A stretch of 64,000 bases of DNA from NCBI GenBank assembly GCA_017654855.1, contig CM030332.1, positions 4,464,001 through 4,528,000 on the forward strand. The letters are read 5' to 3'. Source of the stretch: Podospora anserina. Its lineage: Eukaryota. The position numbers were made by a program, and so were the translations under genes. Of the stretch, positions 49,859 to 62,068 are shown in pieces (position 1 is the first letter of the stretch; each line of letters begins with the position of its first letter). A model generated the notes under the pieces. It was not told the DNA's origin, searched no databases, and saw only the letters and a list, made by a program, of their open reading frames with translations.

Positions 49859-52800
49859 AGGGACCGAGGATTATAAAAGTTATAGTCATTGGGTGTTCAG
49901 AAGGCGAAGCGATAAGCTTCGAGGAAAACTTTAATTAACTCGCCGAATAAAAGAAAGAAAAGTTCTTGGAATTACAGAAAGTAATGGAAAAGGTAAAAAT
50001 AAAGTATAATGAAGGGAATTCTTAAATACGGACGTTATAGGATTAACTAATCTAAATTACTCCAGAAACTACTACGGAAATTATCAAAGATATCGACCCT
50101 ACATAGTAAAAAGGACCTATCCGGTAAGCGATATGAAAAAATTAATATTACTAATATAAAACTATAATTATATAATAAATACCCTGATTATAGAAGTTCG
50201 TATTTAACATGTAAATTCATTTTTAAAAGGATAAAAAGGTTCTTAGTATTAAAACCGCGAAAAGGATAGATGAAATATCTTTACCTATAGAGAATATACC
50301 TTTAAAGAAAATGTAGTATAACTGTATTTTAAATATCCGGTATATCGAAACTTATTTTACGCTTAATATATTATACATAAATATATAACATACTATTAAA
50401 GTAAGTTACTATACAGTTATTAACTAGTATATAAAGTAGGTAAAAAAAGTAAATTATGATGAATTAAAAGGGACGATATTTACATAAGAAAAAGCTTAAA
50501 ATAAACTAAACAACTACTTTTATAAAGAGTTTAAGATCCAGCAATACCAAAAGATAACCTTTACGTAAGATAGTTTATACTTAAATATATAAATTTTACT
50601 TTAAATTTATAAATTAGGGAAATATAAATAACGGTATAATTTAATAGAGAAAAGTAGTATTAGTGTAGTACTTAATCTCTAAATATACGTTATATTTCTA
50701 GAAAAAATTTAAGCGAGATTACTAATGAATAATAGACCTTAAAATAACGGTTAAATAGCGGAAATATAATTGGAGGTAGGCCCGATGAAATATTAAAGAC
50801 GGAAAACAAAAAGAGGGTTAACGGTAGAAATTAAAAATATTTGCGTTAGTAAATAATTTAAAGGAGGACAACGCTTTTAAACGATATAAACGGTTAAAAA
50901 ATAATTCGCGGCTCTTTATAAAGGCTGGTAACCTTTAACGCACTACAAAAGGTACGGTCGGAAGTATCCGCGTAAAGTAAAAATATAAAATAACAGCCCG
51001 ATAGTCGTTAATAAAGTTACTATTACTTAAAAATGAGATAGAAAAGATAAATATTTTTAAATTATAATATATTCCCAAAAATGTTTACGTAATAAAACAA
51101 GTAAATACAAATATAAAGATAAACCTATTTTTATGTACAATGTATATATATAAAGTTAGGATATTGTAAAAGAACAAGAAGAAATAAATCGTTATAGAAA
51201 AGCTATTTTGAGTATAAAAAGTCCATAGAGAAATGCTATTTTTAAATATTATAATCGAAGAGAAAATAATATTAATTCTATTGTGTATTATGAATTTAGG
51301 ACCGTCGAAAAATTGAATTTTAAAGTAATTATAATATAAAAATTGTAATTTAATTATCGATTTAAGAAATAGTAACTACTTACGATTAAAAGAACCTTAA
51401 AAATACTTAGGTAACGATAGGAAATTAAAAGTACGTATAAAATAAAGTATAGGATAGGTACCTTCTATAGTACTACCGTAAGAAGCTTAAAAAGTAGAAA
51501 TACACTTTATTAATGTAAGCGGTAAGATTAAAAAAGAAAAGTTAATAAAGTTAGCATTTACGGCTAAATATTTGGTAGGACTTTTAAAGCAAAGACTATA
51601 AAATTACAAAATTAAATGAAAAGAAAGAACTAAATTACAGTTATTAAAAACTTACTCTACAAACGATAAATAAAATAAAGAATTACGGAAGTATTTAAAT
51701 GGAATTTTGAAGAAGAATATATCTTAAAGAGTTTATATTATTGGTAGTATACCCCGTATTCGTTGTACCGAAAAGAAATAGTAATTTACAACATATATAC
51801 AGATTATTACTAGTTAAATAATAAAACGGTAAAAAATAATTACCCGTTACCGTTAATATTTAAAGTCCGGAGTTAATTAATAGGGCGCTATATTTAATAG
51901 CTTTAAATATATTTATCGAGTAAACCTATATGGATTAAGGAAAGTAATGAATGAAAAATTGCGTTTCGTATACTTTATAATTCTTTTAAATATCTCGTGA
52001 TATTATTCGTATTAAATAATACGTCCGTAACGTTTTAATCTGTTGTTAAATATATAATCTAGAGGTATTTCGATAAAATAATAATTCATTATTTTAATAA
52101 CAGTTTAATTTACTTACGTATTTAAACAAGAAAATGTAGGCGATATATACGAAAACAATTTATCGCGGGATATAGAACCGGATTTTTAATTAATTAAGAA
52201 AAAAGTAAAGTCTATAAATAAAAGATAGTATATTCAAAGATATTTAATATCATTAAGTAACGTTCGGATAGAATTTTGGAAGATTACGGTAATTAAGGAC
52301 TAGCTTATACTATAGTTATAAATATATATTAAAGAATCTTTAAGATTTACCAATTTTTATTAGATATTTATGCGAAAGTATATTAAAATTACGCGACTAT
52401 TTCACTATTTAATTAAGAAAAAGATGAAGTTTCGGTAAGCATAAAAAAGCCAGGTTTTTTAGAAGCTATGGGAAATTATTTTAAAACACCTAGTATTTAA
52501 ATTATTAAACTCTAATTAATTATTTAATGTGGAAGTTAATATATTAAATTATATAATCGGTAAAAAATTAAATCGGCGAAACGATAACGGAAAACTATAT
52601 TTAATAACCTTCTTTTCGAAAAGATTGAAGAGGGTATGCTAAAAATTATTTAACTTATAATAAAGAACTATTTACTATTATCGAAACGTTCGAAAAGTTG
52701 AGGCTATACTTTAATAGTATGAGTTACGAAATAGAAGTTTATATTGATTTTAAAAACTAATAATACTTTATCATGATAAGGGTCCTTAACATATAGTAAA

Positions 52801-54484
52801 TATAATAGTTAGATTTTCTTTTACAGTTCAATTTCTAAATTAATTATAAGAAAGTTTCAGAGAGCGCTAAAGTAAATATATCAAACCGGCGAACTAATTA
52901 TTGTTAAAATATACTTAAAGAGTTGCTATTATTTTCCCCAAAAACGGTAAACAGTACTTCGAAGTATTTACTTTAGCCGTAAATAAAATACTACATAGTA
53001 TTTCGTAAATAAATTACTTTTAATAAATATTAAATGAAATTAAATAATAATATTAACGAGTAATATTAATATGAAGAAGTAAAATCAAAAAGTGCTAAAA
53101 TAATAAGTAAAGAAGATTGTAGTATAAAAATAGAGCGTACCTAAAGTTCAATAATGAAACGGTATTAGTAATTTAGACTTATAGGTCGAAGTTTGGAAGA
53201 TATATGAGTATTATAAAGATTATAGAAAAGATTAAATAGTACTTAACTTAATAAAAATTAAGGTCGATTTTCAAAAAACTATTGAATTATATTATACGTA
53301 CGAAAAAATAAAAATTACGAAGTATTACCCTTAGAGATTTTTAAAGTTACTACTAATAGTAGAACGACTATAGAGTTTTACTATAACAAACTTTATTCTT
53401 AAAGTACTAAAGTTAACATTATAGTAATTAACGTCAAGTATATTAATATATTAACGATAATCAATAGGTTGATTAAATAAATATTTTCTCTATCTTATAA
53501 AGAGATCTAATCGGTAAAGTAATTACCAGATATACTATTACGGTATATTATGATAATATAGATATACCCCAAAAAGCTTATTACGGACCGTAATAGCAAA
53601 TTCGTATCGACGGTTTAAAGAGCGTTAATAATATGGTTAGAGGTACTAAGTAAAGCGGCTTCGGTTTACTATCCTTAGATAAATTATTAAATAGAGCGAC
53701 ATAATTAAATTATAGTATAATACTAACGGAAATATATTAATTTCAAGTTAAATAATAGGTTAAACTATTATTTGAGGTATATTTAATATATAATTCCTTA
53801 CTAATAAAAACGATTAAAGTTACGACGTTTTTCAGAAACTTTAAATATAAGGTAAACCTACGGTAAACACCCGATATAAAAGTAACTAGGGTTAAGGTTG
53901 AAGTAAATAAATTATATATACTTTACGGTAAATCTTAGAAAGAACTAGAGTTCATAAAGGAAAGGATACGGAAATATTATAATCCTAAAAAGCTTGAAGG
54001 ACCTTACTTTAAAAGAAGGAATATAATCTTGCTCTCTATACGTAATATATATATAATAAAACCTAGTAAGAAGCTAGACTATAAGACAATAAGCCTATTT
54101 AAAGTTCAAAAAAAGCTTAAAATAATATATGAGTTAAAAGTATTTTATATAACATATTTATAAATATAAATTTTTATATTTTATATTTAAAACATATGTT
54201 ACCGGTAAGTAAGGCTAATACTTAGGAAGTAGCGGAAAGAAAAGAAGAAAAGTACGATAGAGAAGAAATATTAGACTTATAGTTTAATATAGATTAATTA
54301 AAATATTTAATTAATTAGTTAGGTTATCCGGCTATAGCTAATTCGTAGGAATTAGCAGTATATCTAAAATTCTTTACTAAGTTAGAAGAATTCCACCACT
54401 AATACTTAAATAAATTAAAAACTAGTATAAGTAAAATAAATACGTTAAAACCATAAAAAATATTCGAAAATCTTAATATAATAG

Positions 54485-54554
54485 AACTTCGACAGGAATC
54501 GAACCCGTACCTTCGACGTAATAGTTAATGCATTATGTATTATATATCAAAGTT
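54485..54554 (-). other. tRNA-like cassette antisense to pol
   Basis: Revcomp aactttg...tattacgtcgaaggtacgggttcgattcctgtcgaagtt. Confidence 0.6.
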
Positions 54555-55683
54555 AATAAGTACAAAGAAATCTATATATAATTAACGTTACGCGCTTTAA
54601 TTATTTTAAAGGTTAAAAGCGTATTACCGGCGGTACCTTACGTAGTTAGGAAGGAAAGACCGACTATATTAGGGTCCAAAAAAGGTCGGAGGGCTAGTCG
54701 AGTCTTAGGGAGGGATCAAAAGTATTGGGAGATTATAAAGCGATATTTTAGGCGGTTTCCAACTACGTAAACTTAATTAATAAAAATACGAGCGGTATAA
54801 TAAATATAGACTATATTACCCGGGTATTCTTCTCTTAAATATTCCGTATAAATTATCGCTCCTCCTAGGTACGGAGGAAGCGATATATTTATTTACGCGG
54901 AGAGATTAAATAATTAAATGTAAAAATGAAATTGTAAACTTTTACTCCTTCCGTTTAAACTTATTTTACTTTTTTATTACTTAGGTTACTATAGAATAAT
55001 TAATTACGATACGGGAAATAAAAAAAAGATATATTTACGAATAAAGTTTACGTTACATCCGTTATATAAAATTTTACGGTATACGTATTTAGAATACCAA
55101 AAAAAACCGGAAATTATAATATGAAGAATTCCGGAGGTAAAATAAGTAAAGTAAAGCATTATAGTAAAACTATAATAGAAGATTCATACAATAAGAGATT
55201 AAAACTATTTAGTTTTATAATAACGGTTCTACATATAGATAAATATAATAGAAAATAAATAAAGGAAAGATATAAAGGAAAAATTTATAATATTATTAAT
55301 AACAAAAAACTAAACCGTAAGGACTTTAGTTTTACAAAAATATTATTCTACGATTTTTATAAATAATAAAAACGTAAGGAACCAATTAAAGTTAGACTAG
55401 GCAGTAAAGTAGAGCTTACGGTCTAAGTAAACGGAATAGACTAATAAAATTAGGACCGCGGACCGCGGCAGAGCTTACGGTCTATAGTCTAGTATCGACT
55501 AATAAAAAAAAGGACCGAGGACTATCTACAAATTAACGGTCCACGGTTCTTAAATTTATATATATAAGGGAACTAGTTAATATAAATAAATAGTTTTATA
55601 ATATATAATTATAAAATATAATCGTTAATTTTCAGACAATTATAATTAAGATAAGCTATTTATTATATACTGTTTAGCTATAC

Positions 55684-56114
55684 TGTCACAGTTCGGAAGA
55701 AGCGGGGTCGCCAGGACTAGTGAGAACGAGCGACGGATAAATGGGGCATGTGGAGCAGGGAATAATACGGGCCAGGGGATCTATGAATTGGAAGATAGAT
55801 CCATGGATCTAGAGGTTCAGAGCTAGATCCGGGGATCTAGAGTTTGGAAGCTAGATCCAAAGGGATCTAGGAAATAATAAATAGATCCAGGTACGGAGGT
55901 ACTTGGAGGCCTAGGTCTATATATACGGAGGAACTGGCTGGTGTAGATAGACAGTTCCGCAGTATGCAATACAAGTCACAATCGTTGGTATCTTAGTTAT
56001 TGTGTTCGAGACAAGCTATTTGTTATACACTGTTTAGCTGTACCGAACCAGGATCATTCAGAAGTGCCTTTAACCAGTATCCCTTTCAGAGGTTCTGGAT
56101 AGGGGTTCGTCACA
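55684..56114 (+). mobile_element. Solo LTR (type D), nearly unmutated, with non-matching flanks
   Basis: tgtcacagttcgg...ggggttcgtcaca; flanks tatac / cttta. Confidence 0.92.
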
Positions 56115-58106
56115 CTTTATAAAATATATACTATATAAATATAATTAATTTTTTTATCATTTTCGCGATTTTAATATTAATAATTTTTTTACCTTGTTAA
56201 TATTTTTCGTAACCTTTATATACGAACTTTATAAACTATCATACTTTTTATACAATAATAATTTTATATTCACAATATTACCTCTCTAATACTATTTACT
56301 GGGTAGGTCCTCTTTATTAAATAGGATTATTATCTTTAATAACCTCCGTAATAATTTCCGTAATAATTCCCGTAATAATTTCCGTAATAATTTCCGTAAT
56401 AATTTCCGTAATAATTCTATACTAATCGATCCTATCATATTTATATTTAAATATCACTTACTTCGTACTCCGTCTTTAACTTTTCTATTATTTTCAATAA
56501 TTCCTAAAACTTTACAGTTTTTAATTCAATATATTATTTGAAATGTTCCTCGAAACTTATTACTTTACTTTACTAATATTTAATAACTATAAATTTTATA
56601 ATCCTCGGTCCTTTCGATATAGTAATTAATATAATTTTTTTTAAATCGTTGAAATATCCTGGAATCCTTTTTAAAGTCTTTTACCTTACTATAATTAAAA
56701 TAGCTAAAGTTATTTCTACCCTAGTTCCGCTCTTATGGCCTTTATTACTAAATAATATTAACGTCTATCGGTTCTAAATATATACTATTAAAATAATTAA
56801 TTTTAAAGTATTTATATTTCTCTTTATCGTTAAAATAAGTATCATTAAAATATCCCTTATTATTATTATCATAGTAACCCCGATGATTTTTATTTTTTTC
56901 CGTACAATACTAGAATTACCGATCGGCGATCTCTATAACTATAATAATATATTTATCGATAATATTAAGTTTCCATTTTTTATATAACTTGTTTTTCATT
57001 TTTTTCTTAAAGCTATTATAAAAAAGTTATGTTAACCACTTATTATTAATAGTGTTACGTAAGTTATCGATTTTAAATAGAGCTATATAATTAACCACTA
57101 AACCTATTTAACGTAAGTTTCTAAGCCTCTCTAACGCACGGTTTACTTTATTATATTCCCTAATTATTTCCTTAAGTTTAACTTTAAAGATATTATTACT
57201 TTCGAAATATTTTATAATAATCTTTTTGTAATCCTCCAGCTTTACTTCGTAATAACTATCGAGGATGGGCTCGAATTACGCGAGAGCCCTATCTTTAAGT
57301 TTAATAGTCGCGAAAATTACTTCGATTTTTCGTTAACGAACTAATTTTAAATATTGACGAAAATAGGTTTTAAACTAAATTAAGAACCCTTTAAACTCTA
57401 TCTTTCCTCCTCCATAATACTCCGGTACCGGGAACTTAGGTACTACCCTAATTATAACCGAAATAATAACAATTTACTTCCGTTATTATTAAACCTAGTT
57501 CTTAAATTCTTTAATACGTTTAATTATCTATTTTACGGTAATTAAGATAGGTTTAGTGCTAATAGAAAGTCCTTTGCTACTTAGGTTTAGCGGGACGCTT
57601 TTTATTTAAACGTTTTTATGTCCGGCTATAATAATACAAAATATTTTTAATTTATTTATAATAGAGTTAAAGTAAATATATAACGTATAACGAATCTGTG
57701 ATTAGAAATTCTAAAACGAATATTAGTTAAAGGTATTTCCAAATAATCCTAGTTCGATATAACTAGATGGTATCTATTACACAGTTTATTTTAATTATAA
57801 TAATTAAAATATTAATAATTTTAATTTATAATATATATTACGGAACTATTTATCTAGACTAACTAGTTTCTCCGTATATATAGACCTAGGGCTCTGAGTA
57901 CCTCTATACCTAGATCTACCTTTTAATCCCTAGATCCCCTTCTAAACTCTAGATCCTCGGATTTAGCTCTGAATCCCTAGATCCACGGATTTATCTCCTA
58001 AATCCTAGATCCCCTGGCCCGTGCTATTCCCCGCCCCATAGCCCCCACTTATCCGTCGCTCCAGTCTTACTGGTCCTGGCGACCCCGCTTCTTCTGAACC
58101 GTGACA
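56115..58106 (-). mobile_element. 5' part of a Gypsy element: gag relic plus 5' LTR type D (57686-58106)
   Basis: LTR tataacgaatc...ccgtgaca, conserved leader aaagtaaatatataacg, and gag colinear with about 6500-7900. Confidence 0.85.
56345..56416. repeat. 12-bp tandem repeat tccgtaataatt x6
   Basis: Read directly; only about 2 units at the homologous site near 6667. Confidence 0.92.
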
Positions 58107-59694
58107 GAATCGCGTAATTATTTAACTCTTTAATTAAGAAAAACCTAGAATTCGGATAAAGGGAAAAAAAGAGTAGGGCTTGTAAAAGCTAAAGAAGTTA
58201 TTGTAAAGGGTTTAATATTTCAATTCATTAGACTTTAATCGACCGTTTAAATTTATAGTTAATATATTAAATTACATAATTAGTTAATAATTTAGTTGGC
58301 AAAATAATAACGGAAAGCTATAAATAATAACTTGCTTATCGAAAAAGCTAAAGGAAATACGTTAGAATTATTTAACTTATAATAAAACGTTATTTATTAT
58401 TATCGAAACGTTTAAAAATAAAGGCGATACTTCAATAATATTAAATAAGAAATATACATTTATACTGATTATAAAAATTTAGGATGCTTTATTACTATAA
58501 AGGTTCTTAGTATATTATGAACGTACTAATTAATGTTTCTTTTACAATTTAACTTTTAAATTAATTATAAAAACCGTTCGGAAAATATTAAGGTAAATAT
58601 GTTTAACGGGTAAACCGACTACTAACAAGATATACCTAAACAATTAATTTTATTACTTAAAGAAACGTTAAATGGTATTTTTGAATATTTATTTTAACCA
58701 TGAATAAATTATTACGTAGTATATCACAAATATATTACTTTTAGTCAATATCAAAAAAGTTAAACAATAATATTACGGAATAATACTAACAAAAAAATTA
58801 AAGCTATAAAGTACTGTAAAAGATAGTTAAAAAACCATAGTATAAGAAATAACTATATAAAGTCAGGTAATAGAATAATATTATTGATAGAAATTTAGGG
58901 ATCGAAGTTTGAAGATAATCATAAGTGTTATAGAATCTATAGAAAAAGTAAAACAGTATTTCCATTAATTAAGGATTAAGAACGATATTCCAAAAGTTAT
59001 TTGATTGTATTATTTGTAAAACGATTATAGGGTCTATTTATAATAGATTTTATTATTTAGTTGTGAAAGCCAAGAAATATAATAACCGGCGTTAAATATA
59101 ACAATATATTAACGGTAATTAATAGGTTTATTAAATAGGTATATTTTTAGCTTTATAAAGAGATTTAATCGGTAAAGATATTAGCGGATATAGTACTACG
59201 GTGTATTACTATTATATATATATAATTAAAGGATTCATTACGGACCGTAATACTAAGTTCGTATTAAAATTTTATAGAGCATCAATAACGAAGTTAAAAG
59301 TAGTAAAAGAAGTATTTTCGGCCAATTACTTTTAAATAAATAATGAAACGGAATAGCTTAATTAAATGTTACGAAATATTTACGAAATTATATAAATTTC
59401 GAGTAGGACGATGATTTAAATTAGAATTTATGGTATAATAATATATTATATCTTAGTAATAAAAATAATAAAGTTTACGCTATTCTTCGTGCACTTTAAA
59501 TATAAAAGAAACCTATAGTCAGGATCTAATATAGGGGTACGTGGGGCTAGGGTTTAAGTAGGTAAATTATTTATAATTTATAGCAAAGTTAAACAAAAAT
59601 TAAAGTTTGTAAGGGAAAGGATACGGAAATATTAAATATTAAAAAGCTTAAAGGACCTTACTTTAAAAGAGAAAATATAATATTCTTTTCTATA

Positions 59695-61554
59695 ACGTAT
59701 ATTATAAGCGAGCGACCAATATAAGCGAGCGACCACTTTTTCACAACCTTTATATCATTATCCTCAATTACTACACAACCATACTAAGAAGCAACCATAA
59801 TTACATCCGAAATAGCTGAATCAGACAATTCTATAGCCTCCTGGCAAGTGCGCGCATTATGGCCAGGCTTGCCGCACACACCACAGCACTGAACCTTCGT
59901 ACGAGCCCCCCCTGCACCACCGCTATCCGGCTGTATTTCTTCCACTGCCTCCCCACCCACGGCCTTCTGGTCCAGTAGATCCTGTGCATCTTGCACAGTA
60001 AGTGATCCTCCGAGCCGTATACGTGTTTTTTTAGCTCTCCGGCGCTTACTTAGTGCCTCATTGGCCTTGCGGAGCGAAGAGACCTCTGCCTGTAAGAGGG
60101 CTACTTGGTACATTACAGCTATCGTACCCTTAGTAAATTAATCTATAGCACCTAATATTAAAGTCGGGGAACTATTTTAATAGTTAATAATACGAGTCTT
60201 AATAAACGTAGAGTATAAGTTAGCTTCTCGGGGGTTTTATAGTATTTAAAATACCTAAGGGAGTGCTGTACCCGGCCTTAAGGATGGGGGTATTAGCGTA
60301 CGAAACTTTATATTTAACTTAGAAAGTACCCTCTCTGAATCGTATAGTATAAAGCTAGTATCTATAAAGCTACCCTATATATTTTTCTCCGTTATAGAGG
60401 TAAAAAAAGCCTCGCGGAAAGTATAAAGAAACTCGAGCTTACTTACGTAGTTAATATATATATGCATTAAGCCCTCGATCTGGCGGCCGTACGCCTGTTT
60501 TAGCGGCCTAAAGTAGCTAATATCGAGTGGCTGGAAGAGGTGAGAGGAGTGTAGAGGTATATAGAGCGTAATAATATTATTCTGTTAATAGTAACGTTTG
60601 AATTTAATTAAGTGGTAGCTTTCGTAGCTATCGAGGATTAATAACCGGTATTTGCCCTTCGTACGGGACGCTATATAATAGTTAAAGTACTTAATTTAAT
60701 CTAAGCTTACCGGATTAGTAATCTAATTATTATCGGTAATTATAATACGCTAAGTAAACAGTAAATTATACTCGGTATATTAATTAGTAAGGTAGTACTA
60801 TACGGTTAAAATAATAAAAGGTAGAATAGTTTAGCCGAAAGTATTAACTCCCTAAATTACCGTTACTTACTCGCGGTTACTAGGCTAGGCCAATTTTACT
60901 TTACTAAAGCCGTCTAAGGTTATAATTACTATACCTACAAAAATAATACCTATTATAAACCTAATCTCGTCGAAATTATAAATATTATTATTTATAATAC
61001 CGTACTTAGCCTTAGTATTCCGTACAAGCGTAAACTACTCGGTAATAACTTTCGGATCCTCGCACTTAGCCCTCTAGTAGTCGTATCTATACGTAAAACG
61101 CGTACGGAGCTATAACTAACGTTTAATAAAATTATATGTCTAGAGCTTACTAATAGGGGGCGCGTCGCATACGCATAGTAATTGGTTAACTATATTTTCC
61201 ACTACGTAACCTTAGTGGAAAAGCTCGCGTAAATAGCTTAATAATATAGTAAATAATAGCCTCCTTTTCGGATTAAGTAAGCTTCTTCGATCTGGGCGTA
61301 GTATCGCGTCGTGTAGGCCGGCCGGCGCGTCGGTTAGAGAGAGTTATAGGTGGTACGTTATAAAGCTTAGCTACAACTCGGAGGCTTAATTTTTCGTCCT
61401 TTTGGAGAGCCTCAAGGGCTAAGAGTATCCTGGCTTCCTTTAAAGTAGGAGGCATGTTGGGTTGTGGAAAAAATTGATGTTAGGTGTAAGGAGGACGCGT
61501 CGTGGTGGAGACTGTACGACTCGCTTATATGTACGACTCGCTTATAATATACGT
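59695..61554 (-). mobile_element. pogo/Fot1-type DNA transposon (second subfamily), 1860 bp
   Basis: TIRs begin acgtatattataagcgag at both ends; TA TSD; inserted in the integrase C-terminal region. Confidence 0.94.
59784..61455 (-). pseudogene. DDE transposase pseudogene
   Basis: Track ORFs give the N-terminus MPPTLKEARILLALEALQKD and a C-terminus with CCGVCGKPGHNARTC. YNFDEI at about 60965-60983 and HSSHLFQPLD(I) at about 60520-60553. Internal stops. Confidence 0.93.
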
Positions 61555-61998
61555 TATATATTTTCTATATTAAAAGATTTAATAAGAAATTAAACTATAA
61601 AAGAATTAAGTTTATTAAGGTTAGAAAAAAGATGATAGAAATAATATTCGTGTTCAAATTACTTAATACGATACGTTTATGGTTATATACTTTTTCGATT
61701 TTATTTTTTAACCCCATATTACCGGTAAATAAAGTTAGTAACTAGAAATAACGGAAAAGAATGAGGAAAAGTATGATATAAAAGAAATACTGGATTTACG
61801 ATTTAATAAAGAATAATTAATATATTGAATGAATTAAATAGGTTATGCGGCTTTAAATAATTCGTAGAAATTAACGGTAAATTTAAACTATCCGGATAAG
61901 AAAAAATTATTACCGCTTTTAAAAGCGATTAAGATTAAAATAAATAAAAAGATCGGCGCTTAATTTATAGGAAATATTTATAAATTTAAATACGAAAA

Positions 61999-62068
61999 AA
62001 TCGCGACGGGAATCGAACCTAGGTTTCCGACGTAATAGCCGGCGGACTCTATATAATATTACGAGGTT
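61999..62068 (-). other. tRNA-like cassette antisense to pol
   Basis: Revcomp aacctcgtaatattatatagagtccgccggctattacgtcggaaacctaggttcgattcccgtcgcgatt. Confidence 0.62.

Larger units (their letters stand above)
42123..55683 (+). mobile_element. Gypsy chromovirus element (LTR type C) interrupted by 42704-49043 and 49473-49858; 3' LTR truncated at 55683
   Basis: 5' LTR 42123-42530. gag resumes at 49049. pol relics span about 49860-54400 (attacggaccgtaat at about 53580, chromodomain EEKYDREEIL at about 54244). The 3' LTR starts at about 55346 with ggaccg repeats. Confidence 0.88.

Noticed and set aside
49444-49938. 137-aa and 63-aa ORFs
   Set aside because: They are readings through a non-coding solo LTR.
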